The notes under the pieces were generated by a model. It ran no database searches and was not told where the DNA came from. It worked only from the letters and a program-made list of their open reading frames with translations. Source: Escherichia coli O157 typing phage 14. From it: a stretch of 64,000 nt of DNA. The stretch is taken from the sequence record KP869112; one strand, 5' to 3'. Numbering within the stretch: the stretch's first letter is position 1; every line of letters begins with the position of its first letter. The position numbers and the translations under genes were made by a program. Below, piece by piece: positions 38,130-48,486 of the stretch.

Positions 38130-38410
38130 TGATCGGTCTCCTTCTTGTTAAGTCTGAATACTGCAATAATAGCATTCCCAAGGTGCAGTGTCAAGTCATT
38201 TCCAAGATACCACAGCATCCCACGGTCATCTTTAATGAAAGGGTAACAATCTGGTGCCTTCCAGACATTGTACACTTTCCCAACCTGAAAGAAATCAGGA
38301 CCTGTTGGGATTTTGGTGCCAGGCCACACTTGAGATACCTGAACACACTCCACCTGCATAATAACAGGAATGGTCATGGATGTAAATGTTTTTGTTGGCT
38401 CTACTACCAT
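38126..38410 (-). CDS. hypothetical protein
   Basis: Internal ATG with AGAGGAG leader chosen to avoid overlap with polymerase 3' end; ORF track 38126..38500. Confidence 0.4.
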   Translation of the reverse strand: MVVEPTKTFTSMTIPVIMQVECVQVSQVWPGTKIPTGPDFFQVGKVYNVWKAPDCYPFIKDDRGMLWYLGNDLTLHLGNAIIAVFRLNKKETDQ

Positions 38411-38459
38411 AAAAGTCTCCTCTTTGCTCAACAGCACCTCCCTGTGCTGATAGTTTACA

Positions 38460-41237
38460 TTAGTGACAATCACCCCAGTTACGACCACACAAGTATTCAC
38501 CTGTGATCTGGAACGGGACTCCCATCATTTTAGAAGCTTGCCAGAAGCAATGCACCACCATTTCACCTACAGGGCTCCAGATAAGTTCAAGCTTTCCGTC
38601 ATCGTTCAGGATAGGATCGTACACCGTGTTTCCGTCTCTGTCAACCACTTCGTTTCCGTCCTCATCCTTGCGTGCCTTTTTGTACTTATGACCGTCGAAC
38701 ACATGAAGTTTGGCCTCCTGCTCTGCCTTAAATGCTTCCAGTTCTTCAATTGTGTCGAAGGTGTACACAGTCTTATACTTCGGTGTGTCAGGCACTTGAA
38801 GCTGATATTCGTCATGGTAATAGATAATACGACGGACACCTTCATCGTACCACCCACGCTTCACCATTTGGTGGTGCATGAGTATCCCAACTAAGTCACA
38901 CAGCGATGCACCACCATTCTGTTGGTATGCATTAAGTAAAGAGTGTTTAGATCGGGTCCAGATAGCATGACCATCAAAAGAGTAGATAAACTTCTTACCT
39001 GTTGCTTCCCAGAATTTCTCCAGATCCTCTTTGCGCCCCTTAAGACCAGGGTTGGCATCCCAGAGTGCATCGATTACCCTTTGTCCCAACTCTGGAGAGA
39101 TGTCCAGCATATCTGCAACTTTATCTTTTTGTGCCCCGTACATAACCCCATACGTGATAGGTTTACCGTCGTTACGAGACACCTCTCTGCCTGCTACTTT
39201 TGTATATGCCTCAGCATTGTTTTGGTGTGCGTCCCCGTTACTTACAACATCATAATACAAGCCGTTGTCGAACTCAAAGGCACCCCAAGCCCCGATAAGC
39301 TGCTCTAAGTTGGACCCGTCAATACCGATCTCAAAGTATCCAGGAGGAACACCCCACAAGCTACGCATCTCCTTACCCATAACCACTTTAGGAGAGGGTT
39401 TAGGCATGTTTGCACAAATGCTGTGTTTCTGTCTGGAAGTGTTTGTTAATCCGGAGCTTTTAGCAGGAAGCTTATGGTCAATCTTCAAGCGTGGGTGATT
39501 AAGAAGACCAGTATCAACCTTATCCTCCTTGATTGGATCAAGGACCGATCTGCGGTTTCGCAATGATAACCACAAGACGATATCCTTAGCCATCTCTCCG
39601 TTCAATTTTTCAAGATTCGGACATAGGTGTCCAAACGTATCTTTCAGTTGCGGAGAAGTAATAAGTGCCCTAGCTTTTCTACGTATTTTCCCGAATACTT
39701 CCTTTTTAATCCTTTCGGAGTTAGGAAAGCTTCGGAACTTGTGCACTGTTGTCTGAAACTTAGCATCAGTTTTGTTCCAGAAGTTGATAATTAGGTCACA
39801 ATACTCTGACTCTAAAAGCTCGTCCATGTATGCATATACTCGTGCATCAACATCTGCATCAGGTAGAGCTTTCTTCTTGCTGTCTTTAGTTACATCCTTA
39901 GTTCTCCACATTGTCGGAAGCCAACCAGCACTGATCAGGTATCGCTTAATGTCGTCCTGATTGCTGATTTTCATAGGTATCTTGCAGTCCGGCATTCGCT
40001 TCTGCTGTAGATCACTTATTGCCTGATCCATCAGCTCTTTAGGTAAAGGTTGTGGTGTGGAAGTGCCCTTAATATAGCCTCTCAAGAAATCAGCCATCTT
40101 ATCAGGGTCTTTGCAGCCCATCTCTTCACACCATTTTATCCCCATCTTACTGACATCTCCTGTGGAGGTAAATGCTCGCTTAGGCTGGGCTTTGAACTCT
40201 AAAGCGCTCATGTCTACAGGATAGCCAAGCTTATCTTTTAACCATTTCCAACCATTATTGGAGATTGTCCCATCTTGGTTAAACGGCTTTTCAGGGAACT
40301 TGGGCCGCTGAGACATTGACAGCTCTTTTAAAGGTAGTTGTGGTTCAACACGATCAGCTATTTCTTTCATCCACGCATCACAACGGTCACGTAAAGCAAT
40401 AGCTCCATCTATGTCAAAATACACACCCTGACGGGCCTGCAGCTCCATCAGGAAGTGCTGCAGCATGCCTCGGCGTAGTGCGTTCTTCCAGGTGATCTTC
40501 TTGAACCCTTTCGGCTTCTCTTTGGCAGGATCGTACATAAAGTTCTGCATGTCAGATTTGCCGTAGAATACACCTTTTGATTCCGCTACCAGCTCTTTCC
40601 AGAGCAGCTCCTGGATGATAACGTCCTCGAATACACGATCCACATACTTCCACAATGGAAGATCGCGCCAGTCATCAATTTGAACTTTCTGGTTACCAAG
40701 GGCGTAGCCCCATGCCATAAGGCCGTGAGGACCAACAGGCTGCATTTTCTTAGTAACCGGGTTGAATACGGAGTCCGGACAACCTTTTGGTAAAGGGCGA
40801 TCAGGCCACAAGATTCGGCTCATCGCCAACGTATCAAACAGGTTAACCTGGTGGTCGTTGATAGTCCCCATACATTTAGGATCACGGAACATATCAAAAT
40901 GAATACCGGATAATCTCTCCATCAGCATAAAGTCATAACTGTAGCAGTTATGGCAGTTCAAAGCTGTTGGTGACCAGTCGGAATTTCCTGTAAGCCAACC
41001 TTCCAACTCCGAAAAATCTGCTATGCGAACTTCAAAATCCTTATAAAGAGTTTTCTTTGCCAGAATAAAGTTCTTGGCCTTCTCTATATCCTCCTCGGAG
41101 TAGTGTGTGCGGTCATTCAGAGGAAGGAACAGCATAAAACGGTTCTTATTCAGCTCTTTAAACAGGCCGCAGTGATAATAAAGATCTGGGTCTTCCAGCA
41201 AACCGGATGACTCAAAATCGAACGACCACATGCTCAT
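38460..41237 (-). CDS. family A DNA polymerase with 3'-5' exonuclease domain
   Basis: N-terminal FDFE (Exo I DxE), KPITYGVMYGAQ (motif B YG) and YYHDEYQ (motif C HDE) characteristic of Pol I family. Confidence 0.85.
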   Translation of the reverse strand: MSMWSFDFESSGLLEDPDLYYHCGLFKELNKNRFMLFLPLNDRTHYSEEDIEKAKNFILAKKTLYKDFEVRIADFSELEGWLTGNSDWSPTALNCHNCYSYDFMLMERLSGIHFDMFRDPKCMGTINDHQVNLFDTLAMSRILWPDRPLPKGCPDSVFNPVTKKMQPVGPHGLMAWGYALGNQKVQIDDWRDLPLWKYVDRVFEDVIIQELLWKELVAESKGVFYGKSDMQNFMYDPAKEKPKGFKKITWKNALRRGMLQHFLMELQARQGVYFDIDGAIALRDRCDAWMKEIADRVEPQLPLKELSMSQRPKFPEKPFNQDGTISNNGWKWLKDKLGYPVDMSALEFKAQPKRAFTSTGDVSKMGIKWCEEMGCKDPDKMADFLRGYIKGTSTPQPLPKELMDQAISDLQQKRMPDCKIPMKISNQDDIKRYLISAGWLPTMWRTKDVTKDSKKKALPDADVDARVYAYMDELLESEYCDLIINFWNKTDAKFQTTVHKFRSFPNSERIKKEVFGKIRRKARALITSPQLKDTFGHLCPNLEKLNGEMAKDIVLWLSLRNRRSVLDPIKEDKVDTGLLNHPRLKIDHKLPAKSSGLTNTSRQKHSICANMPKPSPKVVMGKEMRSLWGVPPGYFEIGIDGSNLEQLIGAWGAFEFDNGLYYDVVSNGDAHQNNAEAYTKVAGREVSRNDGKPITYGVMYGAQKDKVADMLDISPELGQRVIDALWDANPGLKGRKEDLEKFWEATGKKFIYSFDGHAIWTRSKHSLLNAYQQNGGASLCDLVGILMHHQMVKRGWYDEGVRRIIYYHDEYQLQVPDTPKYKTVYTFDTIEELEAFKAEQEAKLHVFDGHKYKKARKDEDGNEVVDRDGNTVYDPILNDDGKLELIWSPVGEMVVHCFWQASKMMGVPFQITGEYLCGRNWGDCH

Positions 41238-41295
41238 ATACAGTTCTCCTTAAAGGGGAGGCAGTTGTACTACCCCTCCCACTCTTTGTTAAACA

Positions 41296-43374
41296 TTAAA
41301 AAGGTGTTTCATCATCCTCAAAACCAGGAACATGGTCAGAGGACGGATCATCGTACTGGAGGTCTTCCTGCGTGTCAACAGGCTTAACAGTAGGAGTTAC
41401 AACCTTATCAGCCACAACCTTGCCCATAGGTGTTTCTACAACTGCATGCTCCTGATCCTCAAACATAGCCTGAGGTCTCCAAACAACCTCCCCACCTTCT
41501 CCATCTGTAAACATTTGCATTTCTTTGTCCCAGTACCAATTACTGGCATCATGGAACTTACCTGTATGTGGGTCCATAACCAAAGTGTCTGCAATACCCA
41601 ATGTTTTTGCTGGACGGTTTTTAAGACCTACTAAACGGACACGCCCACGAGAACGATCCACCATTTCTTCGGCCTCGACACCTATGACTACCCAACTCAA
41701 CTGTTCAAGCCCAGCCGATCCTCGCAAATTCTCTTTTCGCACAGGATACCAGAAAGGTAACGGGTTACCATCCTTGTCTTTAGGAGGCACAATCTCTGTA
41801 CGTTTGAGGTGAGCGATCACCAAGATAAACACATTAAACTGCTTACAAAACGCAGCCAGTTGGGTCATAGCTATGTCCAGTTCTTTTCGCTCATCCTTAA
41901 CATTAAGACCTGAAATTACCATGGACAGGTGATCCAGCACAATATAACGACAATGGTACAGGCAAACCATTTGCTTAAGCTTGGTAATCAACTCGTCCAC
42001 CGGAATAGATCCGAAATGTTTGAACACTTTGATTTTTCCAGCTTTTGCCCATGATTGGTGAATCTCTGCGTGTTCTTGATCAGTTAAAAACTGGCTAGGA
42101 TCTTCAACAAACTCTTTAACATCAAACCCTAACTGGTTTGCATACAAGGAGTTAATTGCTTCCTCTGGGTCCTCCTCAAGATGGATCATGCATAGACGAT
42201 CATCCTCTTCGTAGTCATCGGCCTTCGGGCATGTCGGGTCCATCAAGTATCTTGCAATACAATGTTCCAGTTTTTTAGCTACAGTTGTTTTACCGCCCCC
42301 TGATGGCCCTGTAAGCATTACGAGTGTCCCTTTGTGCAAGCCTTTTAGCATTTTTTGCAGTTTTGGGAACTCTGCACTGATATCTACCCCGTTGGAAGTC
42401 TTTTTCCGCAAAGACTCGATAGAGAAGTCTTCTAAATCCGACACAGCATCAGGCACATATTTAACAGGGTGCCGGAACATGTTGACAATATCTTCCAGCT
42501 TTTTAGCCTTCAGCATGTCTCGGATATCTTTTACACCGTCAGGGTCATTTACTTCACCAGGGTATTCTACGTGGTAAACGTTATCAGCCATCAAAAATGC
42601 TGCGATATTGTGCGTGGCCTCAACACCTTTAATGACGTGTTTTTGCTTCTCTACCTCGTTAGCTGCATCGTTATCCATTGCCAGCACAACTGTTCCATAG
42701 CTACGGATAAACTTCTCATTGTTTGCAAAAGTATCTACTGCGTTTGCACATCCACAGTTAATTCCAACAAAAGGCAGGCAGGGTTTTCCTGCCAGATCAC
42801 CACCGTTGATAACTGCGTCGATCCCGTCCTGGACCTCTTTAGCCCACTGCTTCACCTTTGCCGGGGCTTTAGCGTTGGTGAGAATCCCTTTTACTTGTAT
42901 CTGATATGCAGCCTGCCATGCTGCAATAACATCACCTTCTCCCTCACAAACGTTAATCTGCTTACGGTTGTTGGAAGATGCACACAGCTTTTGACCAAAC
43001 ATCTGGGAGTTGGCCTTTACGATGCCAACAACGGAGAAATGGCCCCTTTGCTCTTTAGGAATAGTCCAGTCACGCTTTTTGAAACCAGACAGATTTCCAT
43101 AGCGGTCGTAATATGGGAAATATGTTGCAGTGACTGTCACACCGTCTTCTTGGGACAATGCTGATCGCACACCAAAATATTGTGCAGCCATAAGACCGAT
43201 ATTTTGTTGTGGGACAGGGACAATTTTAGTATTTTCTAAAACAGTCTCTACAGTTTCAACTTCTTTTTCATCACGATAGTCTCGTTTCACACTTCCCCCA
43301 CTTTTATACTTAGTTGCTTTCGGGTTTGGCTCACCGAAACGGTTGTATGCAGATGCCATAAATTTACTTCCCAT
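41296..43374 (-). CDS. bifunctional primase-helicase (Toprim plus DnaB-like helicase)
   Basis: Walker A LTGPSGGGKTT, Walker B-like, N-terminal EGEGD Toprim-like motif; immediately upstream of the polymerase gene. Confidence 0.75.
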   Translation of the reverse strand: MGSKFMASAYNRFGEPNPKATKYKSGGSVKRDYRDEKEVETVETVLENTKIVPVPQQNIGLMAAQYFGVRSALSQEDGVTVTATYFPYYDRYGNLSGFKKRDWTIPKEQRGHFSVVGIVKANSQMFGQKLCASSNNRKQINVCEGEGDVIAAWQAAYQIQVKGILTNAKAPAKVKQWAKEVQDGIDAVINGGDLAGKPCLPFVGINCGCANAVDTFANNEKFIRSYGTVVLAMDNDAANEVEKQKHVIKGVEATHNIAAFLMADNVYHVEYPGEVNDPDGVKDIRDMLKAKKLEDIVNMFRHPVKYVPDAVSDLEDFSIESLRKKTSNGVDISAEFPKLQKMLKGLHKGTLVMLTGPSGGGKTTVAKKLEHCIARYLMDPTCPKADDYEEDDRLCMIHLEEDPEEAINSLYANQLGFDVKEFVEDPSQFLTDQEHAEIHQSWAKAGKIKVFKHFGSIPVDELITKLKQMVCLYHCRYIVLDHLSMVISGLNVKDERKELDIAMTQLAAFCKQFNVFILVIAHLKRTEIVPPKDKDGNPLPFWYPVRKENLRGSAGLEQLSWVVIGVEAEEMVDRSRGRVRLVGLKNRPAKTLGIADTLVMDPHTGKFHDASNWYWDKEMQMFTDGEGGEVVWRPQAMFEDQEHAVVETPMGKVVADKVVTPTVKPVDTQEDLQYDDPSSDHVPGFEDDETPF

Positions 43375-44158
43375 TAATTCTGCTCCTTACTACAGGCTCG
43401 TTTGCTAAGAATACGGCTTTTGCCCAGCCACGTGGTGTGAGGCTTCGGATCATCTTCGTTCTTGCACTCTTTCCACCCAGCTTGGCGTGTTGCATGGAAT
43501 ACCCGCTAACCGCGTCAACTATTTGCGGGACAGGTTTTGTGGCCGGGATTATAAATCCATTACCTATCCAGCCGCAAGTTATTTTTGGATAGGCATCACG
43601 TGGAGCTATAAATTCAGGAAACCAAGGGTTTACATCATCCTCCGGTAAATACCCGCCATAGTCAGAAGGATGAAAACGGTAATCAGGTTTGCGCCACAGT
43701 GTGGACATAACACCAACAGGATTCTCTACATGCCACGGGCAATCGTAAATCTCTCCCAGCTCTTCCGCAACCCGAGCATCCTTTACAGCATTAATTTGGA
43801 TCATGGGGTCCTTAGCCAGCTTTTTCTTAAAATGTGCAGCACCTGATACCGCTAAATGCGTGCACGGAGGAAATGCAAGAATAAAGTCTGGGGCTGGGTA
43901 CATGCAAAAAGTTTCCTGAGGGAACCATGGGTCAATCCAATAATCCACATAGTGGATGTTGGGATGATCGGTTATCACCTCTGCATAACTGCCGTGATCA
44001 GCACCTTCTGCATTGAAGCATAGGCACAGGTACCCAGCTTTTGCCCAGTCAATGACTGCACCACCAGACCCGTCAAATAGACTCCACACAACACCTTTGT
44101 GGTGGTGTTCTTTGTAGATAAATTTCAATTTGCTGTCTCCTAATGCAAAAAGCCCCAC
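43364..44158 (-). CDS. DNA cytosine-5 methyltransferase-like protein (divergent)
   Basis: LFDGSGG (motif I-like), FPPCTHLAVSG (PC catalytic motif IV-like), VENPVG (ENV motif VI). Confidence 0.5.
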   Translation of the reverse strand: MGLFALGDSKLKFIYKEHHHKGVVWSLFDGSGGAVIDWAKAGYLCLCFNAEGADHGSYAEVITDHPNIHYVDYWIDPWFPQETFCMYPAPDFILAFPPCTHLAVSGAAHFKKKLAKDPMIQINAVKDARVAEELGEIYDCPWHVENPVGVMSTLWRKPDYRFHPSDYGGYLPEDDVNPWFPEFIAPRDAYPKITCGWIGNGFIIPATKPVPQIVDAVSGYSMQHAKLGGKSARTKMIRSLTPRGWAKAVFLANEPVVRSRINGK

Positions 44159-44179
44159 CCTTTCGGGCAGGGCCTAGTG

Positions 44180-44662
44180 TTAAACCCGGATACCTATTGT
44201 ATACTCGGTGGATACCAATGTCAAATCTAAATTTAAAATTTCTTGCATCTCATAGTATGCGTCCAGGGTGAGATACATTTCCCCATCCTTTTCTACATAC
44301 TTGTCCAAGTGCTTGAGGCATTTCGGATAACTATCGAGTGCAGCTTTCAGACACTCAAACTCTGTGCTGTTGATGAGTCCTTCCATCTTGGCTACCCGTT
44401 CTGGGGTAACGATAGCACTGTAGTGAGATTTAGCTTCCTGAATGCAATGGGTCCAAGCATCAACTTTCTCTTCGAAAAGTCCGAAGAATTTCTTTTTGGT
44501 GAGCTTCAGATTCTTTAAGTGCTTAAGCACTCGGTTGCCGATCACAGCCACATCACGAAACTTAAGGATCACTTTGTCGATATCCTCGCGGCCTATTTTC
44601 ACAAAGCAAGCCTCACACATTTCAGGAGCTGCGTAACCTACTTTCCACATAAAATCTGACAT
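44180..44662 (-). CDS. hypothetical protein (160 aa)
   Basis: ORF in minus array. Confidence 0.5.
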   Translation of the reverse strand: MSDFMWKVGYAAPEMCEACFVKIGREDIDKVILKFRDVAVIGNRVLKHLKNLKLTKKKFFGLFEEKVDAWTHCIQEAKSHYSAIVTPERVAKMEGLINSTEFECLKAALDSYPKCLKHLDKYVEKDGEMYLTLDAYYEMQEILNLDLTLVSTEYTIGIRV

Positions 44663-44674
44663 AACACTATCTCC

Positions 44675-45073
44675 TTATTCTTCCTGAAAAGCAACGATAT
44701 CATATGAACTTGCAGACGATCCTGGTGAAGAATGACTCCAGTCTAGGTCATCAGAGTAGTCAGCGTACTGTGCACCACTACGTAGTTTATATTTTACCCA
44801 CTTACCTGGTGCAGGGTTTTCACCACCTTCCCATACTTCCCAGCCTTCTGGCAGGCCGTCCTGGGGATAGTCATCCACCTCACTAATAATCTTAGGGTTT
44901 GGCACCAAGATCCCTGCAGGCTCTTCCTTACGGATAAGTGTCCACACAACGTAGGTGTCTGAGCAGGCGCATGATAGCAAAGTATATCCACTATTCAGAA
45001 CTTCTGCAAGCTCTTTTTCAGCATCTTCCAATTTGGTTAAGTGGTATTGGATAACCTTCACACCTGTAATCAT
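44675..45073 (-). CDS. hypothetical protein (132 aa)
   Basis: ORF in minus array. Confidence 0.5.
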   Translation of the reverse strand: MITGVKVIQYHLTKLEDAEKELAEVLNSGYTLLSCACSDTYVVWTLIRKEEPAGILVPNPKIISEVDDYPQDGLPEGWEVWEGGENPAPGKWVKYKLRSGAQYADYSDDLDWSHSSPGSSASSYDIVAFQEE

Positions 45074-45378
45074 CAGAAACCTCCCACTTCTTCAGCAAAT
45101 GCAGCTGCTGTCGTCGCTGCATCCAGATAGGACTCTAGTTCACGGGCTGCACGTTTGTAAATTGAGTGTCGCAAATCGTTTGGCAGTTGGTGGAAGTCCA
45201 CCTCTTCACCGTTGTGGTAAACATGCACATCGGTGATTTGTCTAAATCCGTAACAGTCAACATCAGAATCCCGGCACTCCGGATCTGGCAACTGAACAAC
45301 TGCCTGAGCTTCCACAGTAAACATATCGTCAAGTTCGAAATCGATTTCAAAAGTGTATGGTTTATAACGTTTCATCAT
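45073..45378 (-). CDS. hypothetical protein (101 aa)
   Basis: ORF overlapping junction. Confidence 0.5.
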   Translation of the reverse strand: MMKRYKPYTFEIDFELDDMFTVEAQAVVQLPDPECRDSDVDCYGFRQITDVHVYHNGEEVDFHQLPNDLRHSIYKRAARELESYLDAATTAAAFAEEVGGF

Positions 45379-45391
45379 TTGATTGTACTCT

Positions 45392-45676
45392 TTATTGATC
45401 AGAATTATCTTTCGTAATTAAGGTCTGGGTAAGTTTGTAATAGCGGAAGCCACCGCCACCTTGCCAGCTTGCAGACTTAGAAATACCACCTTGATCTTCA
45501 CCATCAATCACTTTTTGCAAGCGAGGGATAATATGGGTATGACAATGATCACCCAGTTCGATCAAGATCCAACGTCTTTTCATCTTGTGGGCTACAGCAG
45601 CAGTAGTTCCCGAACCGCCGAATGAATCCAATACCAAATCACCTTCTCGCGTACACATTTCGAGAATCCGCTTCAA
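45392..45676 (-). CDS. C-terminal segment of split N6-adenine/N4-cytosine DNA methyltransferase (SAM-binding motif I)
   Basis: Frame contains WKKPEALLKRILEMCTREGDLVLDSFGGSGTT (FxGxG SAM-binding motif); no plausible independent start. Confidence 0.5.
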   Translation of the reverse strand: MKRILEMCTREGDLVLDSFGGSGTTAAVAHKMKRRWILIELGDHCHTHIIPRLQKVIDGEDQGGISKSASWQGGGGFRYYKLTQTLITKDNSDQ

Positions 45677-46716
45677 AAGCGCTTCTGGTTTTTTCCATTT
45701 TTGAAACTAACGCCGCCTTCATTTGCTATTCCATTCCAACTAATGTCTGTCCAAACATCAGTTATTAGTTCCGCAGGTCGCATCTCACCGTCAATTTCCA
45801 AAAGCCTGTTGGAGTAAAAGACCATTTGCCTACCATTTGCGATATAAAATCCTTCAACATCCTCATTCGGATGTACATAAACCTTATCCCTATCTTTCTT
45901 TGACTTCTCGATAGTTTCTTTTCTCTTTATTTTAGCGCCACCACCAATTGCAACAGATTGAAATACACGTTCTGCATTATCAATTGCGAATTGTGCTAAT
46001 TCATCATCGAATGTGTCAGGCAGTTTTTTCTTAGCTTCTTTTGCATCTTTATAGCCATTGGCCTTTGCAAACGCATCGGCAATACCGCACCACGTCCAAT
46101 TTTTATAATGGTCATCCGGGTTTAATAGGTATTTGTTATATCCTGTATCATACCCTTTAGGTATATAGATTTTGTTAAGCGGTTTCTGGGTGCGATCTTT
46201 TGCATATACAAGCAAAAAGTTTGCTGTGGAGAAAACTGTGGCTCCTGTTGCCTTAAATCCCGAAGGGAAATTTGTGGTCATCGATATGGTATTTAACTGA
46301 TTTGCACGACCAAAAATCTCGTCCATCAAAACTTTTAAATACGCCATTTCGCAATCATCTAAGTGAACGAATATTACCCCATCATCACTTAGAAGATTAC
46401 GAATTATTTCTAACCTATCCCTCATTAAGCCCAGCCAAACGGAATGCTCCAGGCTATCATCGTAGTGCTCAAAAGCCCTCCCGGTATTGAATGGTGGGTC
46501 TATGTAAACACACTTCACTTTGCCTGCATACTCTTGCTCTAGCGCCTTCAATGCTAATAAGTTATCTCCAAAAATCAGTTTATTATCAAAAATATCGTTT
46601 TCGGTCACTTTCTGGCTGTGGTAAGACTTGCTAGAATCTTCTAACAAAATGTGCTGCTCTAACTTTTTGCGCTCGTTTTTACCTATCCAGGTAAGTTCTA
46701 ATTTGGTTTTACTCAT
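45673..46716 (-). CDS. N-terminal segment of split beta-class DNA methyltransferase (DPPF catalytic motif)
   Basis: VYIDPPFNTG motif IV; ends 4 nt into the downstream frame carrying motif I. Confidence 0.6.
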   Translation of the reverse strand: MSKTKLELTWIGKNERKKLEQHILLEDSSKSYHSQKVTENDIFDNKLIFGDNLLALKALEQEYAGKVKCVYIDPPFNTGRAFEHYDDSLEHSVWLGLMRDRLEIIRNLLSDDGVIFVHLDDCEMAYLKVLMDEIFGRANQLNTISMTTNFPSGFKATGATVFSTANFLLVYAKDRTQKPLNKIYIPKGYDTGYNKYLLNPDDHYKNWTWCGIADAFAKANGYKDAKEAKKKLPDTFDDELAQFAIDNAERVFQSVAIGGGAKIKRKETIEKSKKDRDKVYVHPNEDVEGFYIANGRQMVFYSNRLLEIDGEMRPAELITDVWTDISWNGIANEGGVSFKNGKNQKRF

Positions 46717-46774
46717 CGTTTGGTGCTCTCCTTAGTTTTTGTGGGGAGGAGTGCCTCCCCTTTATACTCACATC

Positions 46775-47119
46775 TTACTGCTCAAGGTCTTCAGAGTCAA
46801 GCTCAAAAAGAATCAAACTGTGCATGCCTGCAGAGAGATCAACACACCCTGCAACAATAAGGGTTTGATAGTAAGGTTCAGCACCCTCAATGTCTTCGTT
46901 AAAATCCACAACAAGGTAGTCACCTTTGTTAAAGGTGTATTTGTCCGATGTAAACGCAAAACCTGCCCAGTCCCCTACTGCAGGATCTTTATCAGTCACC
47001 TTTGTTAGCAGTAGATCTTTTTCACGAGATCTTTTAGTAAAATCGTGAATCACAACATCCTTCTCTTCAGGAGTTGGATTGCCGCACACGTAGTTAACGA
47101 TATTTCTCCACAAACTCAT
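46775..47119 (-). CDS. hypothetical protein (114 aa)
   Basis: 4-nt overlap with helicase gene. Confidence 0.5.
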   Translation of the reverse strand: MSLWRNIVNYVCGNPTPEEKDVVIHDFTKRSREKDLLLTKVTDKDPAVGDWAGFAFTSDKYTFNKGDYLVVDFNEDIEGAEPYYQTLIVAGCVDLSAGMHSLILFELDSEDLEQ

Positions 47120-48486
47120 ACGTCCCCCTCTTCTGCTCTGGTTTCAAAATCTTTCCTGACAATTTTGTCTAAGTCAGGGAATGTTGTATTGTAAAACTCT
47201 ACGACTCGCGGGTCAACAATAATGTCAACCTCTCTTAGTGGACGCAACAAGTTTATTCCTTGTATTGTCTTAACTCTACTCAAAGCGACATACGTCATCC
47301 CAGGAGAGAAAGCTCCGTTCTTTCCAAGGTCTAGGTTGTAACAATCTAGTGTAAGTCCTTGACTTTTATGAGATGTTACGGCGTACCCAGATTTCAGAGG
47401 AAGTTGCTTGTATGACCCAATCACTACCCTCTCTATAAACTTCTCCATCTTCCTTTCTGCAATGTTGTATCTCTGAGATGGCTTATACTCGTTATTCTCC
47501 CACAACCTCTGCTCTATGTCAACCTGTGTTCCATCTTCAAGCTCTACCACCACCGCCTTGTTCTTAAATTTAACAATTGTAGCACGTGTTCCGTTAACAT
47601 AATAAGGTACTTTGTGCGTCGGGTCAACATCGTTGGCGGTTATCATAACTTTCATGCCAATTTTCAACTTCATCTCCTGCTCAACTGGCAGGGTGGAGGG
47701 AAACTTACCCTTCATTTCACCAGTGTATACCTTCTCTGGGGCGTTGATGGCATCATAGAACCTTCTGTTCACTTCCTCTGCTTGTTTGTTGGTGGCGCAA
47801 ATTGTGAGAGCGTCTGTTGGTACACCTCCTTTGTAACAGCGAGCATTAAGTTCTGCTACAACCTCTTTTATGCGACGACCCTCACGAACACAGTTGAGCA
47901 TTGTAGCAAATCGAACAGACTCCTGTCGGAACTGATCTATTAGGGCTATGTTGTGGAGGTCAAGCTCTTTCCAAGATTCGGTATAGCAACACAGGTCCGT
48001 ATGGTAGAAGTTGAAGTAGGCTTCCTTCTCCATAGAAGAGACAACAGGAGGTGCCTGGTAAAAATCGCCAAACAATATGACCTGTATGCCTCCGAAAGGT
48101 TTGTCATTTTTTCGAAGGAAGCGGAGTTTCCTATCCATCTCTATAAACTTATCAGCACGGATCATAGAGATTTCATCGATAATTAGGATGGTAAATGCCT
48201 TGCTTTTCAAAGGCTTTGCTGTTTTTGCCCTTATTGCGGTCCAGTCCGACTCCATGCTCACACCTGCTGCAAGATCGAAGGTTCGGTGTGCTGTTGCTCC
48301 ATTAACGTTTAAAGCGGCTACCCCTGTCGGGGCAACCGTTATGCAAGAGTCTCCATACATTGACTGGATCATGTTGATGAGGTACGTCTTCCCACAACCT
48401 GCGGGTCCTGAAACGAAGACATTCTCACCGCTCATGATTGCAACGAGGGCAGCATCTGTGCCTACATCATACTGCCCTTTTTCCAT
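47116..48486 (-). CDS. SF1 DNA helicase (Dda/RecD/PIF1-like)
   Basis: Walker A SGPAGCGKTY, Walker B ILIIDEISM, C-terminal SH3-like region typical of Dda-type helicases. Confidence 0.7.
   Translation of the reverse strand: MEKGQYDVGTDAALVAIMSGENVFVSGPAGCGKTYLINMIQSMYGDSCITVAPTGVAALNVNGATAHRTFDLAAGVSMESDWTAIRAKTAKPLKSKAFTILIIDEISMIRADKFIEMDRKLRFLRKNDKPFGGIQVILFGDFYQAPPVVSSMEKEAYFNFYHTDLCCYTESWKELDLHNIALIDQFRQESVRFATMLNCVREGRRIKEVVAELNARCYKGGVPTDALTICATNKQAEEVNRRFYDAINAPEKVYTGEMKGKFPSTLPVEQEMKLKIGMKVMITANDVDPTHKVPYYVNGTRATIVKFKNKAVVVELEDGTQVDIEQRLWENNEYKPSQRYNIAERKMEKFIERVVIGSYKQLPLKSGYAVTSHKSQGLTLDCYNLDLGKNGAFSPGMTYVALSRVKTIQGINLLRPLREVDIIVDPRVVEFYNTTFPDLDKIVRKDFETRAEEGDV

Noticed and set aside
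38463-39960. Plus-strand ORFs antisense to the DNA polymerase gene (for example 38463..38894, 38943..39308)
   Set aside because: Embedded in a long ORF with polymerase motifs on the opposite strand.
42332-43164. Plus-strand ORFs antisense to primase-helicase (for example 42469..43164, 231 aa)
   Set aside because: Opposite strand carries Walker motifs and a coherent 692 aa ORF; antisense ORF is Cys-rich and low complexity.
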